In this document: one piece after another, positions 51,962 through 64,000 of the stretch
How the letters are laid out: each line of letters opens with the position of its first letter
How positions within the stretch are numbered: the first letter of the stretch is position 1
Assembly: GCA_038496445.1 (NCBI GenBank)
Contig: JALMLS010000064.1
Location: forward strand, 682,001-746,000
Source of the DNA: Trichosphaerium sp. ATCC 40318
Taxonomy: Eukaryota; Protista; Tubulinea
Length of the DNA: 64,000 bases
Reading direction: 5' to 3'
Translations under genes and position numbers: made by a program
Notes under the pieces: generated by a model
What the model was told of the DNA's origin: nothing
The model's database searches: none
What the model saw: the letters and a program-made list of their open reading frames with translations, nothing else

Positions 51962-54900
51962 TTATGGCACTTCTCCTCTAGCACTGCGCAATGATGCTGA
52001 GTCTTCAGTAACTGACTCAGAAACAGAATAATCATCATCGTCTCCTACATCACCCAAAAACTGTCTCATCTCCTCACGTATTTGTTTAAAGCCTGATTCG
52101 AACTCGTTGTGTAGATCCATTTGGCTATCTGCTGTATTTGCCTTATTCTGTGCGAGACCCATAGCGCAGGCGCCTAATACGAAGTAAGAACGTTACGCAT
52201 TGCTTTGACAAAAGCATAAAATGTAGACAAAACGCTTGTATGTGTAACGTACGTAAAAAGAGTCTGAGAGCAGCACGTAGCTTTTCAGCGCTTTCATGAT
52301 CATCAATGCTTGGATTTGACAAGAATGCCTTAGCGATAGCAGTAGGTCCAGCGTGGACCGATGTTCGTACTGCACCCTATAGAAGCGTAAACACGTAGAG
52401 TACAATTGAGTAAAAGAAAAGAAGATTTCTTGTAGTTAGAAAACTGTACCTGTAATAACAAAGTCATTGTCTTACTATCAGCTGGAATACGCTCAACTTC
52501 TTGCATAAGTTTCGCAGTTCGTTTTTCTATTTGCTCAAGAGCGGTAGTGAGAGGTGTGAGTTTTTTCTAGAAGCAACAGTTAGTACTAGAAGTGATAGGC
52601 ACTTTATTTGGTAAAGAGTTAAAAGAACTTGAAGAAAAATTAAAGCAGCAGTCTTTTTTTTTCCTTTGTACCTCTGCTCTGTCAACTATCTTTATACGGC
52701 TCTTCATGTATGGGAAAGACTTCTCTACAGTGAGTATTGTCTTGACCAAGTATAAATCTCTTGGACTATCTGAATTCTTTACTGCTTGGCAAGGCGTCTC
52801 AAATATAAAGCGACCTACAACCAATACATAAGTTTCCATACTTGGAAAGAGCAAAAAAGGTATTTTTACAAAAACCCAGACGAATAATTTACGTACAGAT
52901 GTTGTAGTTTCTTTCATACTGTGTTTGTCGTTCTGCAAGCTCGTGGTCTTCAAGGTAAGGGTCGACAGACGTAACTAAGATAGGAAATAAGCAAAAAACC
53001 AAAGTTGTAGACCAGAGGCCGTTTTTACGTACTTTGAAGCCAACAATAAGAAGCATCAAGTGACCCTGGATCCACAGCACCAGAACTTGTAATAAACTTA
53101 ACCTTCGCTTCAGGACCCAACTTTTTAGTGAAGATTTTCTTCAAACAAAGTCAACAAACTAGCTAAGAGAAAACAACAGTTTTTACGTACATCTAGCCTC
53201 TCTTGGATCTCTCCAAGTCTTGTAAGAGGTTTGGTCTTGTATATAAACTCATTACCATTAAGATCAGGACCGAACTTGTTTCCATAAAAACCAACACGAT
53301 AATAAGCAGCAGTCAAGCGAGGTGATTTCTCAGCATCAAGCATATTGCGGTAAATAAGTGTTAATGCAGAGTGAGCCTTTGCAAGGCTCTCAAAGTCTCT
53401 ATTCTTTTCATATATTGGTAATAGGAGCTTGTATACTTTGGCAACAGTTTCATCCAACTTTGCCTTTCTAAAATAGCCAATGCTCTAAAAATAAGTAAGT
53501 GACGTGCCTTTGTGACTAAAAAGATTAAGACTGTGGTATGTACCTTTGTCATGGCTGTTACTAAACCTTCAACTGTAAAGTTAGAGGTAGCACAAGCTGT
53601 TTCATCATCGAGAGTAGAAGATGAAAGGTTTGCTTCATCAATACAACTAGGACATATTTTTTCAAACGCTGCACATCCCATAGGTAAACTCTCATCCTAT
53701 TTTTAATAACTATGAGCTATAACATCCACTCAATGAGTTGTACGTACAGGCTCTACAATGCTTAAGTATTCAGCAATAAGCGCTGCCATATGTATATGAC
53801 ATTGCGCTGCCTCTGCCCAAGAGTTCTTTTCCCTAGTACTTGGGTGAGAACAAGCCAAAAAAAAACATCTTGGTAATGATAGAGATATTGTCTTTGAACG
53901 TACTTGTGATGGCTAGCAAGACCCTCAAGCCATGTTACACGTAAATCAGGAGCATTGCTGTAAGAAGCTGCAATACGATGGTACAAATCGGCTCTTGTTT
54001 CTTGATCTGTTTGTTTTGACAGGATTTGCGCAGAATCTTCCAAGATAACTATCAATCTCTTTATAATAGCCTAAAAAAAAACAATCAGGAACACGAACCA
54101 AAAAAAAATCCAATGAGGGAGTGAACAAGTACCTCTACTTCAGTTGCAAAATTGGCTATTTTTGGGATTTTGAAATTCTTCTTAGCAAGGTGTGCATAAC
54201 GTTTTACTGAGTCTAATGCGAGCGCCAAGTACCTTGGGTCCTGTAATATATATTAGTACAAACCCTTAGAGGATAACAAAGAACGTACTTTAATGGCGCT
54301 ATTACCAACAAGTTTGGCGACAGCTACTGTTACTTGTACTTTCACGCGAGTGAAGTTAGTATTGTTCTTGTATTGGAAGTTCTTTAACATCAAAATGTAC
54401 AAGAAAGCAGCTGCGAGTGCACGCACTGAAGCTTCTTGGTAATTACAATGACGAAGAACCTAGAAAAGCAAGTATAAGCAAAAACAGAAAAAAGCCCAGA
54501 AAAGTGAAAACCAATTGGTTTTTTTCAAGTTTAGGTGTTGTGCAAGTACCTCTGTGCAAAGGTGTCCACAATGACCTGAATCAGTTGAAAATACAGTATG
54601 TGGATACTTTGTTACAAAAGACCGCAGTGTAGCGTAAATATGAGTTAAAAAGTTGATGCTTTGCTTCTTCTTTAGTTGGACAACCAAAAGCTTCAAAATA
54701 GTATTCAATACAGACGATGGTATCTTTGTGCCTACGTGATAAAATTAGTATAAGACCCAGGTATATGAACAAAGAAATCTTCTTGGCGAACTATACCAGC
54801 CAACAAGAAATGTGTGAGTTGTTACTGTACCTCGTTTTTGTGCAATCATACTTTTATCGATACTTTGCAGGTATAACTCTATAATATCAAGTGTAACCAT

Positions 54901-57900
54901 TGAGCACTCATGAGTTAAGCAAGTCTCGAGCTTATCATGGTATACATATCCTTCAACTTTAGGCATTGACATTGAAGGTACTCTGAAGTGACGGAGTGCT
55001 AAAGATATAGTGTTAATAACATTGTCCAAAAATGTATTTTCTTGTTGGGCATGGCAACAAAGAAAACGTACTGTTTGGTCCTATTGTTCCTCCTTTTTTA
55101 CCCTTTTGTCCTGTTCCATACTTAGCCTTTGCACGCTCTTCTCTTAAGTTACGTTTATGTCTTCCATGTAGAGTGGACTAGATTATAATTAACGACTTTG
55201 TATTCTTCACTACTATAAAAAAAAGTGCAATCAAAATCGCAGTACGTACGGCTGTGTCATAGTAAAAGTTTTCAAGCATTGTTTTAGTAGCAGTTGCTTG
55301 AAGGTTTGATCCAACAGCAGCAACAATCAAAGCTGTAAGTTTCTTTTCTCCACGATTCTCAAAGACAGATTGAAGTTCAATAAGAAGTTGGAAAAATGCT
55401 ACTGAATTAGTAGGCGATTCATTTCGCCACCAGACCTTCAATAACTCTGGATCCATATTCTTCAATATAGATAGTACACAAACGCCAATATGACGTCTCT
55501 CATCGAACGCCATACGCTCTATAAAAACAATGAAAACCAAAACAATTAAAAGAAAAATAAATAAAAAAATTTGTGATAAAAGCACTTACCATCATCTCTG
55601 AACTGGTGAACGTGAGACATTACAACACGGATGAAAGGTAAATAAATAGAGAACACTTTACGCCGTAATTGCTCTTCTTTCCAGCGTGTATCCCACTCAT
55701 GTTTCATAAACAACGCAAGGAAGGACCACAAGTGTTGAGCACGAATACGCTTATCTCTCACGTGAGTCAAATTATAACGGAAGATTTCTACAAGCGTTCC
55801 AGCCAAATAATGTCTGTGCCTAAAAAGAAAGAATAAAAGTTAGTTTCAAACCGTTGATAACATCTCTTGTTAAACGCTTACTTAAAAGCTGCTAGCAAGT
55901 CACGCGTGTCTGAGGTACCAAGCGCAACACGTGGGGGTAAGTTAAGCTGTGGGAAGTGCTCGTATAATGCTATAACACGCATAAAGTCTACTTTGAGTGT
56001 CTGAGCATTTTCATCAGGTAAGGCAGTATCTAATTGTGCCAAAGTCCTGTGAATCTAGTTTTGATATTAGTACCCTTAAAAAATGTCACATGTACGTACA
56101 ATATCAATGACAATTCCACGGTCTATTAGAGGGAACAAGTCACAGCAGAAGGACGCAAGGCTCTTGTTTACATCACGAACAAGATTGACGTGTCCTTTGA
56201 TTTTATTCGCGTTCTCATAAGCAACTGCCTGACAAAGAGTACGCAACTCTGCGATAAATTTTGAAGGGAATCTCTTATGATTTGAAACATTCTATGAAGG
56301 GTATAAGACAAAACGACTCAAAAAAAAAAACGACAAACATTGAAAATAAATAAAAGTACCATTTTCTTGTGATCAGTGATGTAGAGCTGCATCAATCTAA
56401 TGATGGCTTTAAAGAAAAACCATGCGAATTTATGAATGTGTTCAATTGATACATCCTAGACAAAATTATTAGAGGGTCACATATACAACAAAAAACTTTT
56501 TTTTACAAGTTTTCTTGGTATCTTTTTTTTTTACTTACGCGAATGTTAGAGTAAATATTATCAGTCCACAGCTTGAGCAAATTGCATAGGAGAGGTAAGT
56601 GCATCTTTGGATTAGGGTCAAGCGCGTAGAATACATAAGAACGTAGAATATCGTTCAAAGATGAACTTTCAAGAGAGGTTCTACACTATATTAGTAAAGG
56701 AAGTATAGAAAAAGAATCACGCACGTGTTGAATAGCGTAACAAGGCTTGAGAACGCTGCCTTGCCCATATCTAAGCCACCTCCGATAATCTCAAGTATTT
56801 GACTTATGATTACAGATAGGAAACCAACAATCTCGCCAGCTTTTCTAGCCTTACAAAGACCACGTATGATCTATTAAAAATAAATAATTCAACTCTTTTT
56901 TGTTGCTAAATACCCTTCCAAACTCTAGAGGTTTTGCTTGACCATTATTGTATTCCAAGAAGAAACTGTTAATGTACTTGTTGGTACTGTGTATCTAAAA
57001 ATCAGAGTTAGCCATTTACTTCAAAACAAAGAGAAGTACGAACCGAAGATTGAAGTTTGAATCGGAACTTGAATAAAGCTCTTTTTGCATCAATGATATT
57101 AGCCTTTAAGGCGCTCTCTGTTTCCCTGCTGAGGTATCTTGAAGGTAAAGCGCTTACGATTGGTAATTGGATATCCTTTTCCATAATACGACCTTTAACG
57201 TAAACTGGAATATACGCATAACCAACCGGCGTGCTCTAAAAATAACGTAAGCAATAATCAATTAAAAAGTAAAGACTGCACAAATGGATCTGGATTGTAC
57301 CTGTCCTACTGAAGCACCCTTCCTGTCCTTATTGGTAGAGATGTGATAAAATGTAAACAATACATTATGACGTTGTGTGATGCGTGGTGGAAGCTTGATC
57401 TTTATCTCATCATAAAATTGAGGTGACTTATTGTGATAGCAAACCTGGAGAATTGGAGTTAGCAACAAGACAAAGACAAAGAACGAGTTAATAACGTACA
57501 GATGTTGTGAGTGTTTTTGTGAAAGTGTTTTGACTGTTTCTGTTGTATATGCATTCCACTGGATCAGCACTTGGGTCGTCAACAGGTAACATACAAACTT
57601 CAACCTTTAAATACATTAGTTCGATGTCATGAAGTTATCATATTAAATGCTACATACTGCAAGGTTTCTTGACCCTCCAGAACCCTTGGTCATTGTGAGA
57701 AGCTCTGGATAAATATACAAATTGTTGACAAGCTCTAAGTGTGGAGTACTAGCTTGTCTGCCGAACTCCTCTACTTCTTGAATGAACTAAAAACATTATT
57801 AAAAAAATTGTTGACAAATCTAGCGTACGTTTTTATTAGGCAACTTTGTCTCAGGAAGGATAGGTCTGCATGATGGAGATACAGAAGCATCTGTTATCTC

Positions 57901-60203
57901 GCTACTTTGTTGTTCGGCAACACTAAACGTGAAATGGCCTGAAAGGCATTGAGTTGTTAATATTTTTCTGATTTCAAAGAAAAAGGTATTGATGGGTTAC
58001 CTGAAAAAGACTTTCGCTTTGAGCTTGTGTTTGATTTATTCACATCAGCCATAAATTCAAACAACGAAGAGTCACCAAATCCACCGTCTTTGTAACGGTA
58101 CAAAAATGGTATTTTTGTTTGGCCAGTTTTAATTTTATTTCTATCGCCACATAATGGTGCAGCACCCCAACATAGAGCCTGACGCCAACCACCTGGAGAA
58201 AAAAGTAAATACACATGTTACCAAACTCGGAGAGCCTTGGAATTTGTACAAAAAGGTACAATAGAGTCACAAGGTAAGGCAATAGAAATGTTTTTTAATT
58301 TAAATTCATTTACCTAATTTCTTGCAGTTGTCTTTTGCTGCCGCTGCAATACGGTCAACCTTATCAGCATACTAAAGAATAAAATGTCAACACATGATAA
58401 ATACAATTAAAAGAAAATAGAGCAGAAAAGGATCAAACACGTACTTGAGAATACTTTACATATTGTTCAGTAACAGCATCCAAAGGATCACCTTGCAATG
58501 ATTTTTCAACACGCAAAATGACGTATACATTCTCATTAGGCGAAGCTACTGTAAAAGCCGCTTTCACATTAGTTTTAAGAGGTGTCTAAAAAAGCAAGCA
58601 ATTAGATACAACATAAAATAAAGTTCTTTCATCAAAGATGCTGCAACATAGCGGGGTTTTTTTTTAACGTACATAATGGTCACCGAGCATTTTAAGTTCT
58701 CTATCAGTGGATAATGTGAAATAAAATGTCTCAGATATACGCTCTTTCTTCTGGATATCATAGAGTGCTAACGAGCAGAAGAAAGGTTCTAAATTGCCAA
58801 GTTTGAACACTAGTTCTTTTGGTTCTATTATGATACGTTTCTCGCTAAAAAAGTAATTTTAACTCATTATATTATTCACTATTCTCTATAATAATACCTT
58901 GGAGATACAAAAGGTCTTGGCTGCTCATATGGACCAGGTGGATTAACAAACGGAAATACACGGAATATATCACATCGTTGCTCAGCACGCCTTTCGATGT
59001 TTTCAGCGTCTATTTAATTTAGAGTAAGTAACCAAAATGGACAAAAAAAAAAAGTGATCAATGACGATCAAAAAAAAATTAAAATCGAACTCCACATAAC
59101 TGAAGAGTTATTTTAATGCGTTTTTATTCTTTTTTTGTGAAATAGTGTCACTACTGCAACACATAAAAATAAATTAAAAAAAAGGTCCATTGGATTACTA
59201 ACCTGTTGTTCTCCAACGGAATGGTTTAATATAATCTTCAAGGAGCATATCTTGGCCATCGTTTAACTCCTCGTAGTAATATCTAATTTTTGGACCAATA
59301 TCAGACACAGAGTCTTCGAGGTCTAAACTAGGCGTAAGAAAGGTATCACCATGTTTCTTTAGCATCTATAGATGCTTATTACCGCTTGCAATCGAAGAAT
59401 CATCATCAAGGCTGTGTGTAGTATTTGGTCCTTCTCCGTATAATAGAGTAGGTAAAGGCGTTCGCGGTGCATTCAATACTAGCTGTATTAGGGCGTAACC
59501 GTACAATAAAAGTCCAAAAGAACAAGAAAGGCGCAAATATCGTAACAAGGTGTTCAGTGGATTTCTCCACGCATAATAGGCGTAAAACGTGCATGTTTAC
59601 GTACTTCCTTTGTCTCTGTAAGCGCGTGTGACTATACGCCACTCGAGACTTTGAAACTCTAAAGAGCTTCTAACGTGTGTTGCAAGTTTACTATCCTGCA
59701 GAGCTTTCTCCTGTTCAAAAATAATGAATAAAACGATCCTAATCCATAAGTGTACGCACGATTTCTTTATTTTGATGAGTGCGTTGATTCCTTTTCTGGC
59801 CTTTAACCACTATATCGTTGGACGGAAAAGTTATAAGCTGCAGACCTTTGTTTGCTTTGACAAGCCGATTATGCTCTTTTTCGTATTTAAAATACAGGCC
59901 CTCACCCTATCGTGGAGTAAATACTGCGTTCGCAAGAGTGGGGTGCAAAGTATTCTGGTGAAAAGTACTCTGCTTTCGTACCTCGCCTATTGGTGGTATG
60001 GAGGGCATTATACTCGAAACACTGCTCGATGCGCTTCTCGTTTCGGCCGGTTCGGTACTCATCGATTTGTTGGCGTATTGTTGCTCCAAGCGCGCTCTAG
60101 TTTCAGCAAGCTTAGCAGCACTAGACATAGAGCCTCTAGAGCCGTAGATTTTTTTATAACGAACTCTGCTCGCTCTGAGCGGGCTTTGAGGAGGAGCACT
60201 CAT
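51962..60203 (-). CDS. DOCK-family Rho GEF (DOCK-C/D, zizimin-related) with DHR1/C2 and DHR2
   Basis: [17 protein letters not shown]...[11 protein letters not shown] (DHR1), [24 protein letters not shown]...NEFIYK, VTSVDPY, FIFETP and [13 protein letters not shown]. Confidence 0.95.
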
Positions 60204-60465
60204 AATCAAAACGCGATTTTTAGTTAATTGGCTTTGTTTGGGGGAGTGGAACAGAAGAGTTAGGTGTTTTTGGTGGTCAAGTACCTGAAAGAGCCACAAA
60301 TTTCCTTGTTTTAGTTCGCTTGACAATCTTTTTTTTTTTTGTTAACAAAGACATGCGTGCTTAAAATGTGTGCGTCAAACGTTTCACAATTGTGTAAGTC
60401 TTGGTGTTAACTTAGAAAACTCATTACTTTTGATCACTTTTTCGAAATTTCATTTGCCTTGAGAC

Positions 60466-61594
60466 ATGGAGGAGCCGGAAGAAAAAAGCGTGAAGATACA
60501 CTCTGATGAGTTTGAACTCGAAGGGAGGCTATATCAGCCAGTAAATAGGTAATAGAAAAAAGAAAAACAAAGTTCCGTGTCAACTAATTATATTAGCATA
60601 ATAAAGCAGATTGGTATCATTGTTACACATCCAATGCCTATGTTGGGAGGATCTATGCATAATAACGTTGTCATAGCTATATGCCGACATTTCGGACGAA
60701 TGGGGTTTACAACACTTCGATTTAACTTCAGAGGTGTTGGTAAGAGCAAAGGGGCGGGTTCTTGGTAAATATTTAGATTTAGGGAGTTAGCGTGAGACTT
60801 ACTTGTTTAGGTTTGGTTCTGGGGAACGCAAAGATGTAATTAATGTACGTAGATACATTAGATTCAAAAAGAAAAAGTTAATCGTTTCTTTGTAGACTTG
60901 TAATTTTCTAACAGCCAAAGGCATCGAGCAAATATTTCTCGTTGGGTACATAAGACCTTTTGTGCCTTCTTCTGCAGATCTATTCCAAAAGTTCATTGAA
61001 ATCAGCTAATTATGTCTTCAAGGTACTCTTATGGTTCAGTAATATCTTGTTCAGTAGCAGATGGTACGTACAAGTACAATTAGAGGTATTATTGTAATAA
61101 CAAGCATTAATTTTCAGAAATTCGTGCAGTGCGAGCCTTTGCTGGTATATCTTATCCTTTTGGACCTTTATCTTTAATGTTATTGGTACGTTTTATTATA
61201 TTATGGTGACCTTACCTTCCGTAATAACTGTGTAGGGCCATTTGTTGGAAAAAGCAAACTCAACAAAACCAAAGTTTTTTATAATGGGGTGCGTTGTCTA
61301 TCACTTTTAATATCCCGTTCGTGGTCGGGGGTATTTGAATGTAGAAAGAAATTATTTGTTTTCCTTTTACGTCATGGGACACTGTACTGACTTTTTATCG
61401 AAAAAAACAGGGACAACGATAACTTTACGAGTATCTCCAAGTTTAATAGGCGGTTAGAAGCGCTGCCTGACCCAAAAGAGCAAGTAATCCTTCGAGGCGC
61501 TGATCACTTCTATGCAGGCTACGAGGAGGAGTTATGCCAAGCATTGCAATGTTGGATTGAGAAACTACCTTACGATATTGTTGATGATGAATGA
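60466..61594 (+). CDS. Alpha/beta-fold hydrolase
   Basis: THPMPMLGGSMHNNVV, TLRFNFRGVGKSKG, LVGYSYGS nucleophile, GDNDNFT and GADHFY. Confidence 0.92.
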
Positions 61595-61815
61595 CGTAAC
61601 ACGAATATTTCTCATTTCAAAAAAAACCCTTAATATACCTCTAACAGCCTTGATGCTTAAAATAATACGTGAAAACAAAAAAAATCAAGGAGTGGGTTGG
61701 GTGTCTGTGCAATAAAATAAAAAGAAAAAAAATCGATTGACGGACGCCCCAGTTTTTCGTTTTAGAGGAGTGCTTACGCCTTCAGTTTTGAGCTTGTGTC
61801 TTGAAATCTTTTTTA

Positions 61816-64000
61816 TTATGCTGTGTACGTGTCTGAAAAGTAAGACGCTGAATTGATATCAAGCTCATAAGAAGGTATAAAAGATTCGTTATCACCCATC
61901 ATAAGCTCTGTGCATGACTCTGTCAAGCGTAGAGTCCTATTCTCTTGGCTAAAATTACGTAGTTCTTGTAGAATCTCATCAAAAGAAGGTCTAGCGTTTG
62001 TGTCACCGTCTTGAGTTTGTACAAACAGTTTTTTCCAAAATTCAGCCATATTATCGGGTGTAGGCATTCTTTCACCACCTATTACTCTATTGGCCCAATT
62101 GATCATTGTTGTAAAGTCATTAGGTAGAGGACTTTCATAGGTTTCCATTTCCCACCTGGAAGTCAAGAAAATCAGAAAAACTATTTTGGAAGATTCTCCT
62201 TTAAGAAAGAGTTGGGTTACTTTTTTAGTCATACGTATCCATACTGTATCCACTAAAGTAGTGGAAGGTATAGAAATGTATCTTAACAAATTTTGTATTT
62301 ATGCAAGGGCGAAACCCTCCAAAGAAAAAAGAATACGTACAAGAGAACACCGAAAGAGTATACGTCTGCTGCTCCAGTAAATGGTTTACCTTCAAGTACC
62401 TCAGGTGCCATCCTAAGAAAATCGTGTTAGGAAAAAAGGAGAAAATAATTCTTTGTGTACCATGGTATTGCGCCGTGAGTACCGCTTGAGGTTGTGTCAT
62501 CTGAAAAAGAATTAGAAAAAATTCCAGAAAACAGCTTGTTTCAACTTACTCTGAACCTTGCTTAGACCAAAGTCGGACACTTTTGCCCTCATGTGAGAGT
62601 CAATGAGTACATTATCACTCTTTAGATCTCTGTGAAGTACTTTACATCCATGCAAGTAATTCATACCACTTGCAACATCACTAGCAATTGTAAAGTACTC
62701 TTCAGTTGATAACTTCTCCTTGTGGAAACGAGACTTTAATGAACCAGAAAGAAGCTATACGAGCCTGTGTCAGAAGAAGAGTAGGATGAATGCATAGTAA
62801 GTACCTCAAGTAATATATAATGTTTTGATCCTTCTGTACATGCCGCCATGAACAGAACAATACGTGGATGTCTCAACTGGCATAAAATCTTTAATTCCTC
62901 AAAAAATAATTGCTCCTGAGACTTTTCTCGCCACTAGCGACCAAAAGGTAAATAATCACGTGATAAATTCTAGAGAGGTTTTTTCATACCTGTGATTGTT
63001 CTATTTCCTTACAAGCTACTTTAGTCCCACGCCAATCAGCTATATAAACTTGACCGAAGAATCCCTTTACAAACATCAGATGGAGACAAAAAAATCAATA
63101 AAAAGTTGTCGCTCGTTGGTACCTTTCCGATGCTTTTAGAAAGCGTAATTTCATCTTTTTGTGTTACAAAATAAGAAGGAATAGGTAATTCACTATAATC
63201 TCCACTATTTCTTACGCTTGAAGTGGTTGAACTCTCTTCATTTATATTGTCATATGGCACTTTTTTCTTTTGTTTAGGAGGTTTAAATGAGTTAACTATA
63301 TCTGATATACTTGGTCTTTGAGCTTGATCTTCTCTCCAACAACGCTCCATAAGAACACGGAATTTTTGTGGTGCACTATCAGGGATACGAGGACGTCGTC
63401 TTGAATGTACAATCATATCAATAAGCTCGTCCTTCTTCTTTTTCAGGTATTCAAAAGGATGAGAGCCATCGCTATGTTGTATATTAGAATATGTTGTTCA
63501 ATTATATACCAATGTACCATACTACGAGTTCCCACAAGAAAGTACCAAACGCAAAGATGTCCAAGCTTAAAAAAAATAAGCGTTTGTAAAATGGCAAACT
63601 GATTTGTACTTTGTGTCGAATCCTTGTGAATCTACAAGAGCTTCTGGTGCGCAGTGTGATACTGGTATATTTGTCTTTTTAAGTGGTACTCCATAGAAGC
63701 TTTGAATATCAGCCAATCCACCAACTTTTACTACAACCTTGCCATTATCACTTGATTTAATCTTAAAAGATTGTTAATTAAAAACAATCGAAGTACGTCT
63801 GGCCGTACATATACACAGTGTGACGTAAGGTTAGAATGTATGAAGCACAATGAATGTTCATGCAATGCGCGCAAACCTTTTGCTACTTGATACGCAATGC
63901 TTTCACGTACTTCCCACGTGAGAAGCTCAGACATAGATTTTGACTAAAAAAAAAACGTTAGGTAGGAATCAAAAAGAGGGCTAGTACTCTAAGCATAATG
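61816..64000 (-). CDS. 5'-truncated tandem TKL kinase: pseudokinase domain followed by active kinase domain
   Basis: Domain 1: [19 protein letters not shown] and HCAPE. Domain 2: [20 protein letters not shown] and MAPE. Confidence 0.88.

Overview
AT-rich, gene-dense eukaryotic genomic DNA with many short (about 40-90 nt) spliceosomal introns, mostly with GTACG/GTAAG/GTATG donors. The gene content (DOCK GEF, TKL dual kinase, SepA/Cdc15-like kinase, ependymin-like, Patched-like) fits a free-living protist, probably an amoebozoan; this is inference. About 28 protein-coding loci were reconstructed by manual splicing, so gene ends are approximate. I could not support any rRNA, tRNA, CRISPR array or transposase. 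The most striking element is a three-member family built from tandem ~75-aa Trp-rich helical repeats followed by a restriction-endonuclease-like (RAP/Vsr-type) domain. Two members sit head-to-head, 101 bp apart, with mitochondrial-presequence-like N-termini. One keeps the nuclease catalytic residues. The other has lost them and also carries an ATP-dependent ligase fold whose catalytic lysine is replaced. Other notable loci are an intron-containing AdnAB/AddAB-like gene (degenerate UvrD helicase plus Fe-S PD-(D/E)XK nuclease), an intronless F-box/LRR gene with hypervariable repeats, a WWE-WWE-BAG fusion, a tandem SAM-TM-torsin-like pair and a JAK-like pseudokinase-kinase.
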